DNA of 24,913 nucleotides from a virus (Duplodnaviria; Heunggongvirae; Uroviricota; Caudoviricetes): IMG/VR virus record IMGVR_UViG_2537562172_000005; one strand, 5' to 3'. Shown piece by piece: positions 8,300 to 16,891 of this stretch (position 1 is its first letter; each line of letters starts with the position of its first letter). The notes under the pieces were generated by a model. It saw only the letters and a program-made list of their open reading frames with translations, ran no database searches and was not told where the DNA came from. The position numbers and the translations under genes were made by a program.

Positions 8300-8707
8300 G
8301 TGGCAAAAGTTTTTACACAAGAAGAGCGGGAAAAAATTAAAGGGCAGGTGGTGGAACTCGTGCGCCAGAGCGGTCGTGAGACGCTACGGCAACTGGAAGC
8401 TAAAACAGGTGCGACAAGATATCTGATGAGCATTCTTGCCAGAGAGCTGGTTGCCAGTGGTGATGTATATCACTCTGGCTATGGGTTGTTCCCGTCAGAA
8501 CAGGCTCGTAAGGACTGGCAAAACGCCCGCAAAAAACTCTCGAGGGCAAAGGTGAAGAAACCTGTTGTGGTTGATCCGGGCCTTATCTGGACATTACCCG
8601 ACGGAGAAATACGCCGCTACGACAGGCGTATGAACATAATCTGTCGCGAGTGCCGGAAGAGCGAAGTTATGCAGCGTGTATTGGCGTTCTATCAGGGATA
8701 TGCCTAG
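8300..8707 (+). CDS. Hypothetical protein
   Basis: 135-aa ORF with GTG start preceded by AAGGGGGA RBS; basic; no recognisable motif. Confidence 0.5.
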   Translation: MAKVFTQEEREKIKGQVVELVRQSGRETLRQLEAKTGATRYLMSILARELVASGDVYHSGYGLFPSEQARKDWQNARKKLSRAKVKKPVVVDPGLIWTLPDGEIRRYDRRMNIICRECRKSEVMQRVLAFYQGYA

Positions 8708-9075
8708 AATTGTCACAGGTAATGAAATTAAAGAGTATTGGTTCGGATATGAATTGACATTTTCGCGGCACAGAGCTAAAAATAGCCTACTTGTTGGTTT
8801 TGTGTGAAAAGCAGACATTTTGAGGCTCAGGATTTGTTATCAAATAAGACCAATACTTATCTATATTAATACACATTAAATACTGTGCAATACATTATTG
8901 CATTTTATTAGATAAGCGATATTTAGGGAAAAGAAAAGTCATAGAAAACAGGCCGCTATTTGTTGTTGGATTTTATAGGCTATATCTAGATTATCTTGCC
9001 ACTGCGGTCTCTGTTTACCTAACAGCTTGGGCTTCTTTGCATGCAAGTTTGTAATAACGAGTGTAATCAAACGGA

Positions 9076-10107
9076 ATGTCTATTAATCCTAAACTTAAGC
9101 GTGTCGCGCTACGCTATCCAGCGTTATTCCAAAATGAGTCCCCCTATATGGCAAGAAAATTAATAATATTCGGCAACGGTCTCGGTATGGCTTTAGATCC
9201 TGCTCACTTCTCCTTAGACAGAGCGTTGGAAGAAATTTGGCATCGCCCCAATTTTTTAAAAGATATCCACAAGCAACTTATCGAGCGTTGTCTTCAGCGG
9301 CAAGGTCCACCAGAAGGAGAACATGAGTTGGATACCCTTCACCAGGCTGTCACATATTGTAAAGCTCTTGCTCAAATTGGAGAGGGGAACGTGCATTGGC
9401 TTACTGAAGATGGACTAAACTTCCCCAAAATTACCGCCACTTATATTCACAAAGTTGCAACCAGGTTGCATAATTACGATAAAGGTTTGCCACAAAGATT
9501 CGAAAATGCGCTTGTGGAGTTTGTAAAGAACACACACTCACATATCGCGACATTAAACTATGACAAATTATTATACAATTCATTCATAGATAATGATATA
9601 TTCAACGGGTATGATGGGGTTTTAGTTGATGGGATGCTAAGCCACGGATTTTCCTCTGCAGCGCTCGAACGGAAATACAATCGTAGGTTTGGTTATTATT
9701 TGCACTTGCATGGTTCACCACTATTTATTAATCAGCATGAAAATGTTTTAAAACTTTCACGCTCACAACTTACTCTTGACATAGATGAACCTAGTGAGCA
9801 TATAGTGTTAACTCATATAAAAAGAAAACCGTCAGTTATAGCAGCATCTAATGTTCTTTCTACGTACTGGGATTATTTGCAGTTTGCATTATTTGAATCA
9901 GAAGAAATAATATTGTTTGGTTACTCGGGTCTCGATATTCACCTTAACCTGCTTATTCGACCTTACCTAACCTCTAAGCCTTTAAGAGTAATTGAGTGGA
10001 GCGGTGCTGGTGAACAAAACGCTCGTGAGATATATTGGAAAAACCAGTTGGGACGGGAAGTTAATGTAATTAGGTTGGATAACATCACTGATTTTATTGA
10101 TTGGTAG
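9076..10107 (+). CDS. SIR2-like (SIR2_2/DHS-like NAD-binding fold) protein, candidate NADase defence effector
   Basis: 343-aa ORF in AT-rich DNA; ordered motifs IIFGNGLG, TLNYD, LHLHGS, FGYSGLD matching the SIR2_2 signature; alternative start at 9148. Confidence 0.7.
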   Translation: MSINPKLKRVALRYPALFQNESPYMARKLIIFGNGLGMALDPAHFSLDRALEEIWHRPNFLKDIHKQLIERCLQRQGPPEGEHELDTLHQAVTYCKALAQIGEGNVHWLTEDGLNFPKITATYIHKVATRLHNYDKGLPQRFENALVEFVKNTHSHIATLNYDKLLYNSFIDNDIFNGYDGVLVDGMLSHGFSSAALERKYNRRFGYYLHLHGSPLFINQHENVLKLSRSQLTLDIDEPSEHIVLTHIKRKPSVIAASNVLSTYWDYLQFALFESEEIILFGYSGLDIHLNLLIRPYLTSKPLRVIEWSGAGEQNAREIYWKNQLGREVNVIRLDNITDFIDW

Positions 10108-10177
10108 CGCAATGCGAAGTTAAAGAGGCAGCCTCATATTTATCAGAGCTGGTGTACGTCCAATACAGGAGGTTATC

Positions 10178-10270
10178 GTGCTGGTTCTCAAATGCGCGCT
10201 GGCTATTGCGGCTGTAGTGGCAATTTATTGTCTTGCTATTGTTCTTATGGATCGCCTTTCTGATTGATTT
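10178..10270 (+). CDS. 30-codon hydrophobic small ORF
   Basis: GTG start 5 nt after AGGAGG; VLVLKCALAIAAVVAIYCLAIVLMDRLSD is one predicted TM helix; 70 bp after SIR2-like stop. Confidence 0.3.
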
Positions 10271-10274
10271 TATA

Positions 10275-10471
10275 TTGGCGAGGTGACGGGAGTTAAGTAG
10301 AATTGCTGCGGGTGCTTGAGGCTATCTGCCTCAGGCATGAACACCAAAAGGCAGATAGAGAAAAGCCCCAGTTAACATTACGCGTCCTGCAAGACGCTTA
10401 ACATTAATCTGAGGCTCAATCTATGAACGGCAAATCTAGGTTAGCCTCTTACGTGCCGAAAGGCAAGGAGA
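10275..10471 (+). promoter_or_regulatory. hok promoter and mRNA leader, severed from hok by the IS
   Basis: -35 TTGGCG / -10 TAGAAT; leader starting GCTTGAGGCTATCTGCCTCA with overlapping hairpins and ending ...GGCAAGGAGA closely resembles the plasmid R1 hok leader as I recall it. Confidence 0.5.
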
Positions 10472-11509
10472 TGTATGGGTCCACCACATATTGCAATTTT
10501 TGTTCTCTCTTAAAATATATTCCACGGGCGTCATTAGTGCGAGCGCCTTATGGGGCCTTTTGCTGTTATACAGCACCAGATATTCCCCCAGCTTCTGATT
10601 AAATAGCGCCAGATCTTCAAAGAGTAAAATCTCATTAAATTCAATAAACTGCTCTCTTAACGTCCGGTTAAAACGTTCACAGATAGCGTTCATTTTGGGT
10701 GTGTAGGGATAGGTCCAGAGGTGTTTGATAGCGGCTTCCTGCAGCGTTTTGTCGAAGTTTCCCAGGAACTCTTTTCCGTTATCTGTGATTATCTGGCTGA
10801 TACCGACCGGGAACAGCCGGGCTGCACGGCTGAAGAAGTGATTGACGATATCACTGTTGAGCGACGGTACAGCCAGCGCCAGCGCGTAATTGCTGCATTC
10901 GTCGATCATGGTGATGACATAGCGACGCAGTTCGCCCATTCTGAGCTCAATGGCGTCCATCCCAATGAGCTCACCTGTCTTTACCGGGCGGTAGTGCTTT
11001 GGTCTGCGGGGTTTGGCAGACCGCTTTTTGACAAGCAGTGCCTTCCCCCGCGAGCCCAGACGCACAGGTATCATTCGCATTTTATCGTGTGCGGCAGCGA
11101 TCATTCTGCCAATGGTGGAAACACTTGGACAGGCCAGATAGCGCTGTTCGCACCAGGGCTTCAGGCGAACAAAAATCTGCTCTTTACCGAGGTTCGGCAG
11201 CTCTGTTCGCAGCCGTCGAATCTCTTTCAGCACATCGGGATGCCAGTGCTTTTTTCGTCGCACCAGAGGTGCCTTACTGTGCGGGATTAGCCCCTCAGGT
11301 CCTCCCTTGTTCAGTAACTGACGCCACCAGTAAAGCGTGCGGCAGGACACGCCAAAGGCTTCAGAAGCTGCAGAAATACCGTGTTTATCCCAGAAGTGCA
11401 GAGCCTTCATTCTCATTGTTGCTGTATCAGCCATCACTGAAAGCCTCAACGCATAATCGGCCGTTTGGTAGTACTTAGGATAGCCAACCATCAGATGCTG
11501 CATTTGCAT
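10436..11509 (-). CDS. DDE transposase (rve/integrase-core superfamily)
   Basis: 357-aa ORF; N-terminal HTH; D..D(ITDNGKEF)..E(CERFNRTL) catalytic triad; ORF runs through the IS end, stop supplied by flanking DNA. Confidence 0.8.
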   Translation of the reverse strand: MQMQHLMVGYPKYYQTADYALRLSVMADTATMRMKALHFWDKHGISAASEAFGVSCRTLYWWRQLLNKGGPEGLIPHSKAPLVRRKKHWHPDVLKEIRRLRTELPNLGKEQIFVRLKPWCEQRYLACPSVSTIGRMIAAAHDKMRMIPVRLGSRGKALLVKKRSAKPRRPKHYRPVKTGELIGMDAIELRMGELRRYVITMIDECSNYALALAVPSLNSDIVNHFFSRAARLFPVGISQIITDNGKEFLGNFDKTLQEAAIKHLWTYPYTPKMNAICERFNRTLREQFIEFNEILLFEDLALFNQKLGEYLVLYNSKRPHKALALMTPVEYILRENKNCNMWWTHTSPCLSARKRLT

Positions 11510-11567
11510 AGTGCAATCTCCCCTTACTTATCCGGAGGTAATTGCAATATCTCTGTGAACTTACACA
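10472..11567 (-). mobile_element. Insertion sequence (IS481/IS3-like, single transposase ORF)
   Basis: About 1.1 kb; imperfect terminal inverted repeats beginning TGT and ending ACA sharing ATATTGCAATT; flanked by direct repeat GGAGA (10467-10471 and 11568-11572). Confidence 0.65.
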
Positions 11568-11580
11568 GGAGAAGCAGGCT

Positions 11581-11736
11581 ATGAAGCAGCAAAAGGCGAT
11601 GTTAATCGCCCTGATCGTCATCTGTTTAACCGTCATAGTGACGGCACTGGTAACGAGGAAAGACCTCTGCGAGGTACGAATCCGAACCGGCCAGACGGAG
11701 GTCGCTGTCTTCACAGCTTACGAACCTGAGGAGTAA
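11581..11736 (+). CDS. hok: Hok/Gef-family type I toxin
   Basis: 51-aa MKQQKAMLIALIVICLTVIVTALVTRKDLCEVRIRTGQTEVAVFTAYEPEE; TM helix plus conserved Cys/periplasmic tail; closest to HokD/HokC as I recall them. Confidence 0.85.
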   Translation: MKQQKAMLIALIVICLTVIVTALVTRKDLCEVRIRTGQTEVAVFTAYEPEE

Positions 11737-11806
11737 GAGACCTGGCGGGGGAGAAATCCCTCGCCACCTCTGATGTGTCAGGCATCCTCAACGCACCCGC
11801 ACTTAA

Positions 11807-11827
11807 CCCGCTTCGGCGGGTTTTTTA
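11807..11827 (+). terminator. Rho-independent terminator of hok mRNA
   Basis: CCCGC-TTCG-GCGGG hairpin followed by TTTTTTA. Confidence 0.7.
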
Positions 11828-11986
11828 TTGCGTAGCGTAGTTGATTAGCTTTTTGTGTACCCCGTTGGTTGTGGTTCTTGAGGGGCCGTTAGGGGTAAAT
11901 AGAATCATATTACTTAGTTAGCGCGCAGGGAGAAGAGGGATGGACCCCAAACAGGGGAAAGTTATTTATCCAGAAGGATTCTGCTG

Positions 11987-12247
11987 ATGAAAATCGAAGA
12001 ATTACGTGAAATTTTTAGTGAAGATGGCCTCTATACTGTGCGCGTTGAGAATGGCGCTATTGTCAGCCACTGCCGTATTAAATGTTTACAGTCTCAACAA
12101 AGGAAGAGTGGAGCTGCGTTAATTCATTTTGTGGATGGGCTTGTGACGGATGGTTTTATTTTGCGTGCAAATGAATTTGTCACATCGTTGCCGTCTCTGA
12201 AAGAAGCTGGGATTAAGGCTGGTTTTTCTGCTTTTGAAGATGAGTGA
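11987..12247 (+). CDS. Hypothetical protein, Rem-like position
   Basis: 86-aa ORF between hok and the DUF968 gene, the position of rem in Qin; identity to Rem not verified. Confidence 0.5.
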   Translation: MKIEELREIFSEDGLYTVRVENGAIVSHCRIKCLQSQQRKSGAALIHFVDGLVTDGFILRANEFVTSLPSLKEAGIKAGFSAFEDE

Positions 12248-12313
12248 ATTCATCTACAATTCAGCGCAGGGCTGAACCCCTGTTGAGTAACACTGTGCCA
12301 CCGGAGAAAGCCG

Positions 12314-12592
12314 ATGGCGCAAAATTCCAGACTACACAATTCTGATAATTCAGCCGTCTTTGCCAGCAGGCACGGGCGGCGCTCTCACGCATTTAAATCT
12401 GATTGGTACCAGCATCCCCCATGTACTGAAGAACAGGCTGAATGGCTGATTCAGTGTTACCGCAGGCGCGGATGCGAGGTTAAAAAAGCCCTTAGCCTCG
12501 ACTACCGTCACTGGATAATCTCCGTCAGGCTTCCTTACTCCGAACGCCCACCGCGTCCGTCCCGCACATTCCAGCAACGCATCTGGAGGTAA
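12314..12592 (+). CDS. Hypothetical protein
   Basis: 92-aa ORF with GGAG RBS; stop 1 nt before the GTG start of the next gene; unusual Arg/Pro-rich composition. Confidence 0.4.
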   Translation: MAQNSRLHNSDNSAVFASRHGRRSHAFKSDWYQHPPCTEEQAEWLIQCYRRRGCEVKKALSLDYRHWIISVRLPYSERPPRPSRTFQQRIWR

Positions 12593-12593
12593 C

Positions 12594-13649
12594 GTGCGGG
12601 TATTACTTCGACCTGTTCTGGTACCGGAACTCGGGCTGGTGATCGTTAAGCCGGGCCGTGAATCCATGCCGGTATTCCACAATACCCGGGTACTGGTGGA
12701 GCCGGAACCGAAAAGCATGCGTAATCTGCCGTCCGGGGTCGTTCCTGCCGTTCGCCAGCCGCTGGCGGAGGATAAATCATTACTGCCATTTTTCAGCGAC
12801 AAACGAGTGATTCGTGCTGCTGGTGGCGCTGGCGCATTGTCTGACTGGTTACTGCGCCATGTTAAATCCTGCCAGTGGCCACACGGCGATTATCACCACA
12901 GTGAAACCGTCATTCACCGTTATGGTACCGGCGCAATGGTGTTGTGCTGGCACTGCGACAACCAGCTGCGCGACCAGACCTCCGAATCACTCGGGCAACT
13001 TGCTCACCAAAACCTGTCTGCATGGATGATTGACGTCATACGCCATGCAATGAATGGCACGCAGGAACGGGAATTATCGCTGGCTGAATTATCCTGGTGG
13101 GCGGTCTGTAATCAGGTGGTGGATGCACTACCTGAGGTTGTATCGCGCCGTTCGCTGGGATTACCAGCGGAAAAAATCCGCTCGGTTTACCGCGAAAGCG
13201 ACATCGTACCGGGAGAGCAGACCGCCACCAGCATACTGAAGCAGCGCACAAAAAATCTTGCGCCGCTGCCTCACGCCCACCAGCAAAACCCACCACAGGA
13301 AAAGACGGTAGTAAGCATCGCCGTTGATCCGGAGGCACCGGCTCAGTATCTCCAGCGCCAGAAACCACAACGGGAAGAGATGCCTGTATACACGCGCTGG
13401 GTAAAAACGCAGAAATGCATGACGTGCGGTAATCAGGCAGATGATCCGCATCACATCATTGGTCATGGCCTGGGAGGTATGGGAACAAAGGCTGATGATT
13501 TGTTTGTTATTCCGCTGTGCCGTAAATGTCATAACGAACTGCACGCCGGGGTAAAAGATTTTGAAGAAAAACACGGCAGCCAGCTGTTGTTGCTGATTCG
13601 TTTTTTAATGCACGCGAGAAATTCGGGTGTCCTGAAGTGGAAAGCATGA
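12594..13649 (+). CDS. DUF968-family protein (YdfU-like) with C-terminal HNH/Zn-finger-like motif
   Basis: GTG start with GGAGG RBS; C-terminal CxxC...HH...CxxCH cluster; position upstream of rusA-Q as in Qin. Confidence 0.65.
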   Translation: MRVLLRPVLVPELGLVIVKPGRESMPVFHNTRVLVEPEPKSMRNLPSGVVPAVRQPLAEDKSLLPFFSDKRVIRAAGGAGALSDWLLRHVKSCQWPHGDYHHSETVIHRYGTGAMVLCWHCDNQLRDQTSESLGQLAHQNLSAWMIDVIRHAMNGTQERELSLAELSWWAVCNQVVDALPEVVSRRSLGLPAEKIRSVYRESDIVPGEQTATSILKQRTKNLAPLPHAHQQNPPQEKTVVSIAVDPEAPAQYLQRQKPQREEMPVYTRWVKTQKCMTCGNQADDPHHIIGHGLGGMGTKADDLFVIPLCRKCHNELHAGVKDFEEKHGSQLLLLIRFLMHARNSGVLKWKA

Positions 13650-14027
13650 ATGACTGAACGCATAGAATTTGTTTTGCCTTACCCGCCAACGGTGAACACC
13701 TACTGGCGTCGTCGTGGCAGCACATATTTTGTATCAAAAGCCGGTGAGCGTTATCGCCGTGATGTGGCGCTCATTGTTCGCCAGCAGCGGCTGAAATTAA
13801 ACCTGTCCGGAAGGCTGGCGATAAAGATCATTGCAGAGCCGCCGGATAAGCGCCGTCGTGACCTGGACAATATTCTGAAAGCACCACTGGATGCACTGAC
13901 ACATGCGGGGTTGCTTATCGACGACGAGCAGTTTGATGAAATCAATATTGTGCGCGGTCAGGTCGTTCCTGGTGGGCGACTGGGCGTGAAGATTTACGAA
14001 ATCAGAGGTAATAACGATGGCGCGTGA
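13650..14027 (+). CDS. rusA: Holliday-junction resolvase RusA
   Basis: 125-aa [15 protein letters not shown] and RRRDLDN motifs characteristic of RusA. Confidence 0.85.
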   Translation: MTERIEFVLPYPPTVNTYWRRRGSTYFVSKAGERYRRDVALIVRQQRLKLNLSGRLAIKIIAEPPDKRRRDLDNILKAPLDALTHAGLLIDDEQFDEINIVRGQVVPGGRLGVKIYEIRGNNDGA

Positions 14028-14397
14028 TATTCAGATGGTTCTGGAGCGATGGGGGGCGTGGGTGGCAAATAACCACGAGGATGTTACATGGTCATCTATT
14101 GCTGCAGGTTTTAAAGGGTTAATACCGTCGAAGGTGAAATCACGTCCCCAATGTTCCGACGATGACGCAATGATCATTTGTGGGTGCATGGCCCGGCTGA
14201 ATAAGAATAACAAAGATCAGCATGATCTACTGGTGGATTATTACGTTGGGGGAATGACGTTTATGGCGCTGGCACGTAAACACGGGTGTTCTGATACGTG
14301 TATTGGTAAACGTCTACAAAAAGCAGAAGGGGTAATTGATGGTATGTTGATGATGCTGAATGTCTCACTGGAGATGGATTGGGCTGTGTCGGTTTGA
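14017..14397 (+). CDS. Late-gene antiterminator Q (QuuD-like)
   Basis: 126-aa [26 protein letters not shown]... nearly co-linear with DLP12 QuuD as I recall it; overlaps rusA stop. Confidence 0.8.
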   Translation: MARDIQMVLERWGAWVANNHEDVTWSSIAAGFKGLIPSKVKSRPQCSDDDAMIICGCMARLNKNNKDQHDLLVDYYVGGMTFMALARKHGCSDTCIGKRLQKAEGVIDGMLMMLNVSLEMDWAVSV

Positions 14398-14471
14398 TTT
14401 ATGTCATTTTTTACAGCGGCGCAATGGAGAGAATAGCAAAAGTTTTTGGTAATACAGTAAACAGGATGGAT

Positions 14472-14753
14472 ATGTTCAAAAAATCATTACTCTTAACATT
14501 GGTGATGTGTTTGCTTTTTTCTTCTTTTGCGGACGCAAAACGGAGACATAAAAGATCATCTCATCGTTCGCAGCATCATCACTATTATAGGGATAACAGC
14601 GCAAGTAAGCAGGAAGTTTGCTCGGAGGGATATGTTGATTATTTTGGAGTGTGCAAGGGCAAAGAGATAAAACAGGACGAAGATTCAAAACCAGCAATTC
14701 AAAAGAAAAAAATAAATAAGGCGAGCAAAAAAAGCACCAAATGTAAAAAATAG
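14472..14753 (+). CDS. Small secreted basic Cys/His/Lys-rich protein (late-region moron)
   Basis: Signal peptide MFKKSLLLTLVMCLLFSSFADA; mature region highly basic with four Cys; AGGA RBS; AT-rich; directly downstream of Q. Confidence 0.5.
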   Translation: MFKKSLLLTLVMCLLFSSFADAKRRHKRSSHRSQHHHYYRDNSASKQEVCSEGYVDYFGVCKGKEIKQDEDSKPAIQKKKINKASKKSTKCKK

Positions 14754-15099
14754 CCAACCAGACCTGCGAGAGAGGACAGCGTTTCAACAGAAAAAAAATG
14801 TACCGACTTGTGCGCCGCTGAATATGGCGCATAAACCGGGATATACGAATTTGCCTATATGTGTGGACGGAGAATACTAAGTAGCATAAAGATGTTTACG
14901 ATCGTAAAAATCCGGATATCCTGTTAAGAGTGGTTACTTCGCCACACAGCTTAAACCCGTCGCCTGGCGAGTTTTTTATACCTGAAAAACGGCACAGGAC
15001 GTTAAACGCGCTGGTGGTTGCGAATACCGGTCTTTCAGCTTGCTGGCTTTTTCGACAAGAGTTATTGGTATGTCATGTTAACCAGAAAAGGAAAAAAGA

Positions 15100-15298
15100 C
15101 ATGCTAAAACAGCAGGATATGACCGAAACCGCCAGAGTGGTGTTTAATGAATTAAGCGTCACCGAACCGGCGACCGTCGGGGAAATTGCGCAGAATACTT
15201 ACCTTTCACGCGAACGCTGCCAGTTAATACTGACTCAGCTTGTTATGGCGGGTCTGGCAGATTATCAGTTCGGTTGTTACAGACGCCTTCCGCAGTGA
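15100..15298 (+). CDS. Small hypothetical protein
   Basis: 66-aa ORF from internal ATG (MLKQQDMTE...) with AAAGGAAAA RBS; the longer track ORF lacks an RBS. Confidence 0.45.
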
Positions 15299-15448
15299 AG
15301 GCTTTTTTATTTGTGGTAATGGGCGGCTAGTGGGTGTTAGCGGCACCTGCCAGCCATCTGCTCATGCGTTGGGGTCACAAGCAAACCTCAGGCCCATCTG
15401 CTTTGCGCAAAAGCGGTATGAGCCTATCAGAGAAGTGCTTATTGATCT

Positions 15449-16507
15449 ATGGCTAATACTGTAAAAATATCCAGTTGCGAGTTAATCAACGCTGATTGCC
15501 TGGAATTTATCCAGACCTTACCGGAAAACTCTGTCGATCTGATAGTCACAGACCCGCCATACTTTAAAGTGAAGCCCGAGGGCTGGGATAACCAGTGGAA
15601 GGGCGACAATGATTACCTGAAATGGCTGGACCAGTGTCTGGCACAATTCTGGCGTGTATTAAAGCCCACCGGAAGTCTTTACCTGTTCTGTGGTCATCGC
15701 CTGGCGTCTGATATCGAAATCATGATGCGTAAACGCTTTAATGTGCTGAACCATATTATCTGGGCGAAGCCGTCCGGACGCTGGAATGGCTGCAACAAGG
15801 AAAGCCTGCGGGCGTATTTCCCGGCAACAGAGCGCATTCTGTTTGCCGAACATTATCAGGGGCCATATCAGCCCAAACATGACGGCTATGCGGCAAAGGG
15901 GCGCGAGCTTAAACAGCACGTCATGGCCCCGCTGATTTCTTACTTTCGTGATGCGCGTGATTCACTTGGGGTAACATCGAAACAGATAGCGGAAGCGACC
16001 GGAAAGAAAAACATGGCGTCACACTGGTTTGGTACAAGTCAGTGGCAGTTGCCGAACGAGGGTGATTACAACAAATTGCAGGCGTTGTTTGCGCGTGCTG
16101 CAGCAGAAAAACATCAGCGCGGGGAACTGGAAAAGCCACACCACCAGCTGGTCAGCACATACAGTGAACTGAACCGGCAATATGCCAGCCTGCTGGAGGA
16201 ATACAAATCACTGCGGCGTTATTTTTCTGTATCGGCTGCTGTTCCGTATACGGATGTCTGGATGTATAAGCCTGTACAGTATTACCTCGGCAAACATCCC
16301 TGTGAAAAACCGGCGGAGATGTTGCGTCAGATAATTACCACCAGCAGTCGTCCGGGAGATCTGGTTGCAGATTTTTTCATGGGGTCGGGTTCGACGGTCA
16401 AAGCAGCGATGGCGCTGGGACGTCGTGCAATTGGCGTTGAGCTGGAGACCGGGCGTTTTGAGCAGACGGTGAGGGAAGTTCAGGATTTAGTCAGTCAGAA
16501 CGGATGA
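15449..16507 (+). CDS. DNA N6-adenine (or N4-cytosine) methyltransferase
   Basis: 352-aa ORF; catalytic DPPY (IVTDPPYF) near N-terminus and FxGxG AdoMet motif (DFFMGSGST) near C-terminus. Confidence 0.85.
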   Translation: MANTVKISSCELINADCLEFIQTLPENSVDLIVTDPPYFKVKPEGWDNQWKGDNDYLKWLDQCLAQFWRVLKPTGSLYLFCGHRLASDIEIMMRKRFNVLNHIIWAKPSGRWNGCNKESLRAYFPATERILFAEHYQGPYQPKHDGYAAKGRELKQHVMAPLISYFRDARDSLGVTSKQIAEATGKKNMASHWFGTSQWQLPNEGDYNKLQALFARAAAEKHQRGELEKPHHQLVSTYSELNRQYASLLEEYKSLRRYFSVSAAVPYTDVWMYKPVQYYLGKHPCEKPAEMLRQIITTSSRPGDLVADFFMGSGSTVKAAMALGRRAIGVELETGRFEQTVREVQDLVSQNG

Positions 16508-16509
16508 TA

Positions 16510-16538
16510 TTGCAGAATTAGTTACGTACCGTTATTAT
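16510..16538 (+). promoter_or_regulatory. Sigma70-like promoter upstream of the tRNA genes
   Basis: TTGCAG (16510-16515), 17-bp spacer, TATTAT (16533-16538); predicted start a few nt before the tRNA 5' end. Confidence 0.45.
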
Positions 16539-16547
16539 CCTGCGCCC

Positions 16548-16623
16548 GGCCCTTTAGCTAAGTGGTGAGAGCGAGCGACTCATAATCGCCAGGTCGCTGG
16601 TTCAAATCCAGCAAGGGCCACCA
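16548..16623 (+). tRNA. ileZ: tRNA-Ile2 (anticodon CAU)
   Basis: 76 nt; 7-bp acceptor stem GGCCCTT/AAGGGCC, CAT anticodon, GGTTCAAATCC T-arm, encoded CCA; near-identical to E. coli tRNA-Ile(LAU). Confidence 0.8.
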
Positions 16624-16630
16624 TAACATA

Positions 16631-16711
16631 CCGCCATTAGCTCATCAGGAAGAGCAGACGACACGATAACAGGGTTGTTGGTGCGGGGTTCGAGTCCTGG
16701 ATGGCGGTCCA
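16631..16711 (+). tRNA. tRNA-like element with irregular anticodon arm (possible degenerate argN)
   Basis: Perfect acceptor stem CCGCCAT/ATGGCGG, D-arm, TTCGAGT T-loop and CCA present, but no canonical anticodon stem-loop could be folded by hand. Confidence 0.35.
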
Positions 16712-16724
16712 TTATCTGCATCAT

Positions 16725-16801
16725 GCGTTGTTAGCTCAGTCGGACAGAGCAATTGCCTTCTAAGCAATCGGTCACTGGTTCGAATCCAGTACAACGCGCC
16801 A
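16725..16801 (+). tRNA. argO: tRNA-Arg (anticodon UCU)
   Basis: 77 nt; acceptor GCGTTGT/ACAACGC, D-arm TAGCTCAGTCGGACAGAGC, anticodon loop CTTCTAA, T-arm, CCA. Confidence 0.8.
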
Positions 16802-16891
16802 CACTTATTTTCCCTGGCTCGCTTCTGCGGGCTTTTTTGTATCTGCGCCGGGTCTGGTACTGATTACCTTAACTAAAAGGAATATATGTAT

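Noticed and set aside
10721-11478. + strand ORFs of 189 and 146 aa inside the IS
   Set aside because: They are antisense to the DDE transposase ORF, which has an HTH and catalytic triad; they are composition-driven.
11542-11580. N-terminal extension of hok from an upstream in-frame ATG
   Set aside because: The extension begins inside the IS terminal inverted repeat; the canonical 51-aa Hok starts at 11581 with its own RBS remnant.
12350-12802. 150-aa - strand ORF overlapping the start of the DUF968 gene
   Set aside because: It is antisense to two + strand ORFs with good RBSs and tight coupling; no RBS or motif.
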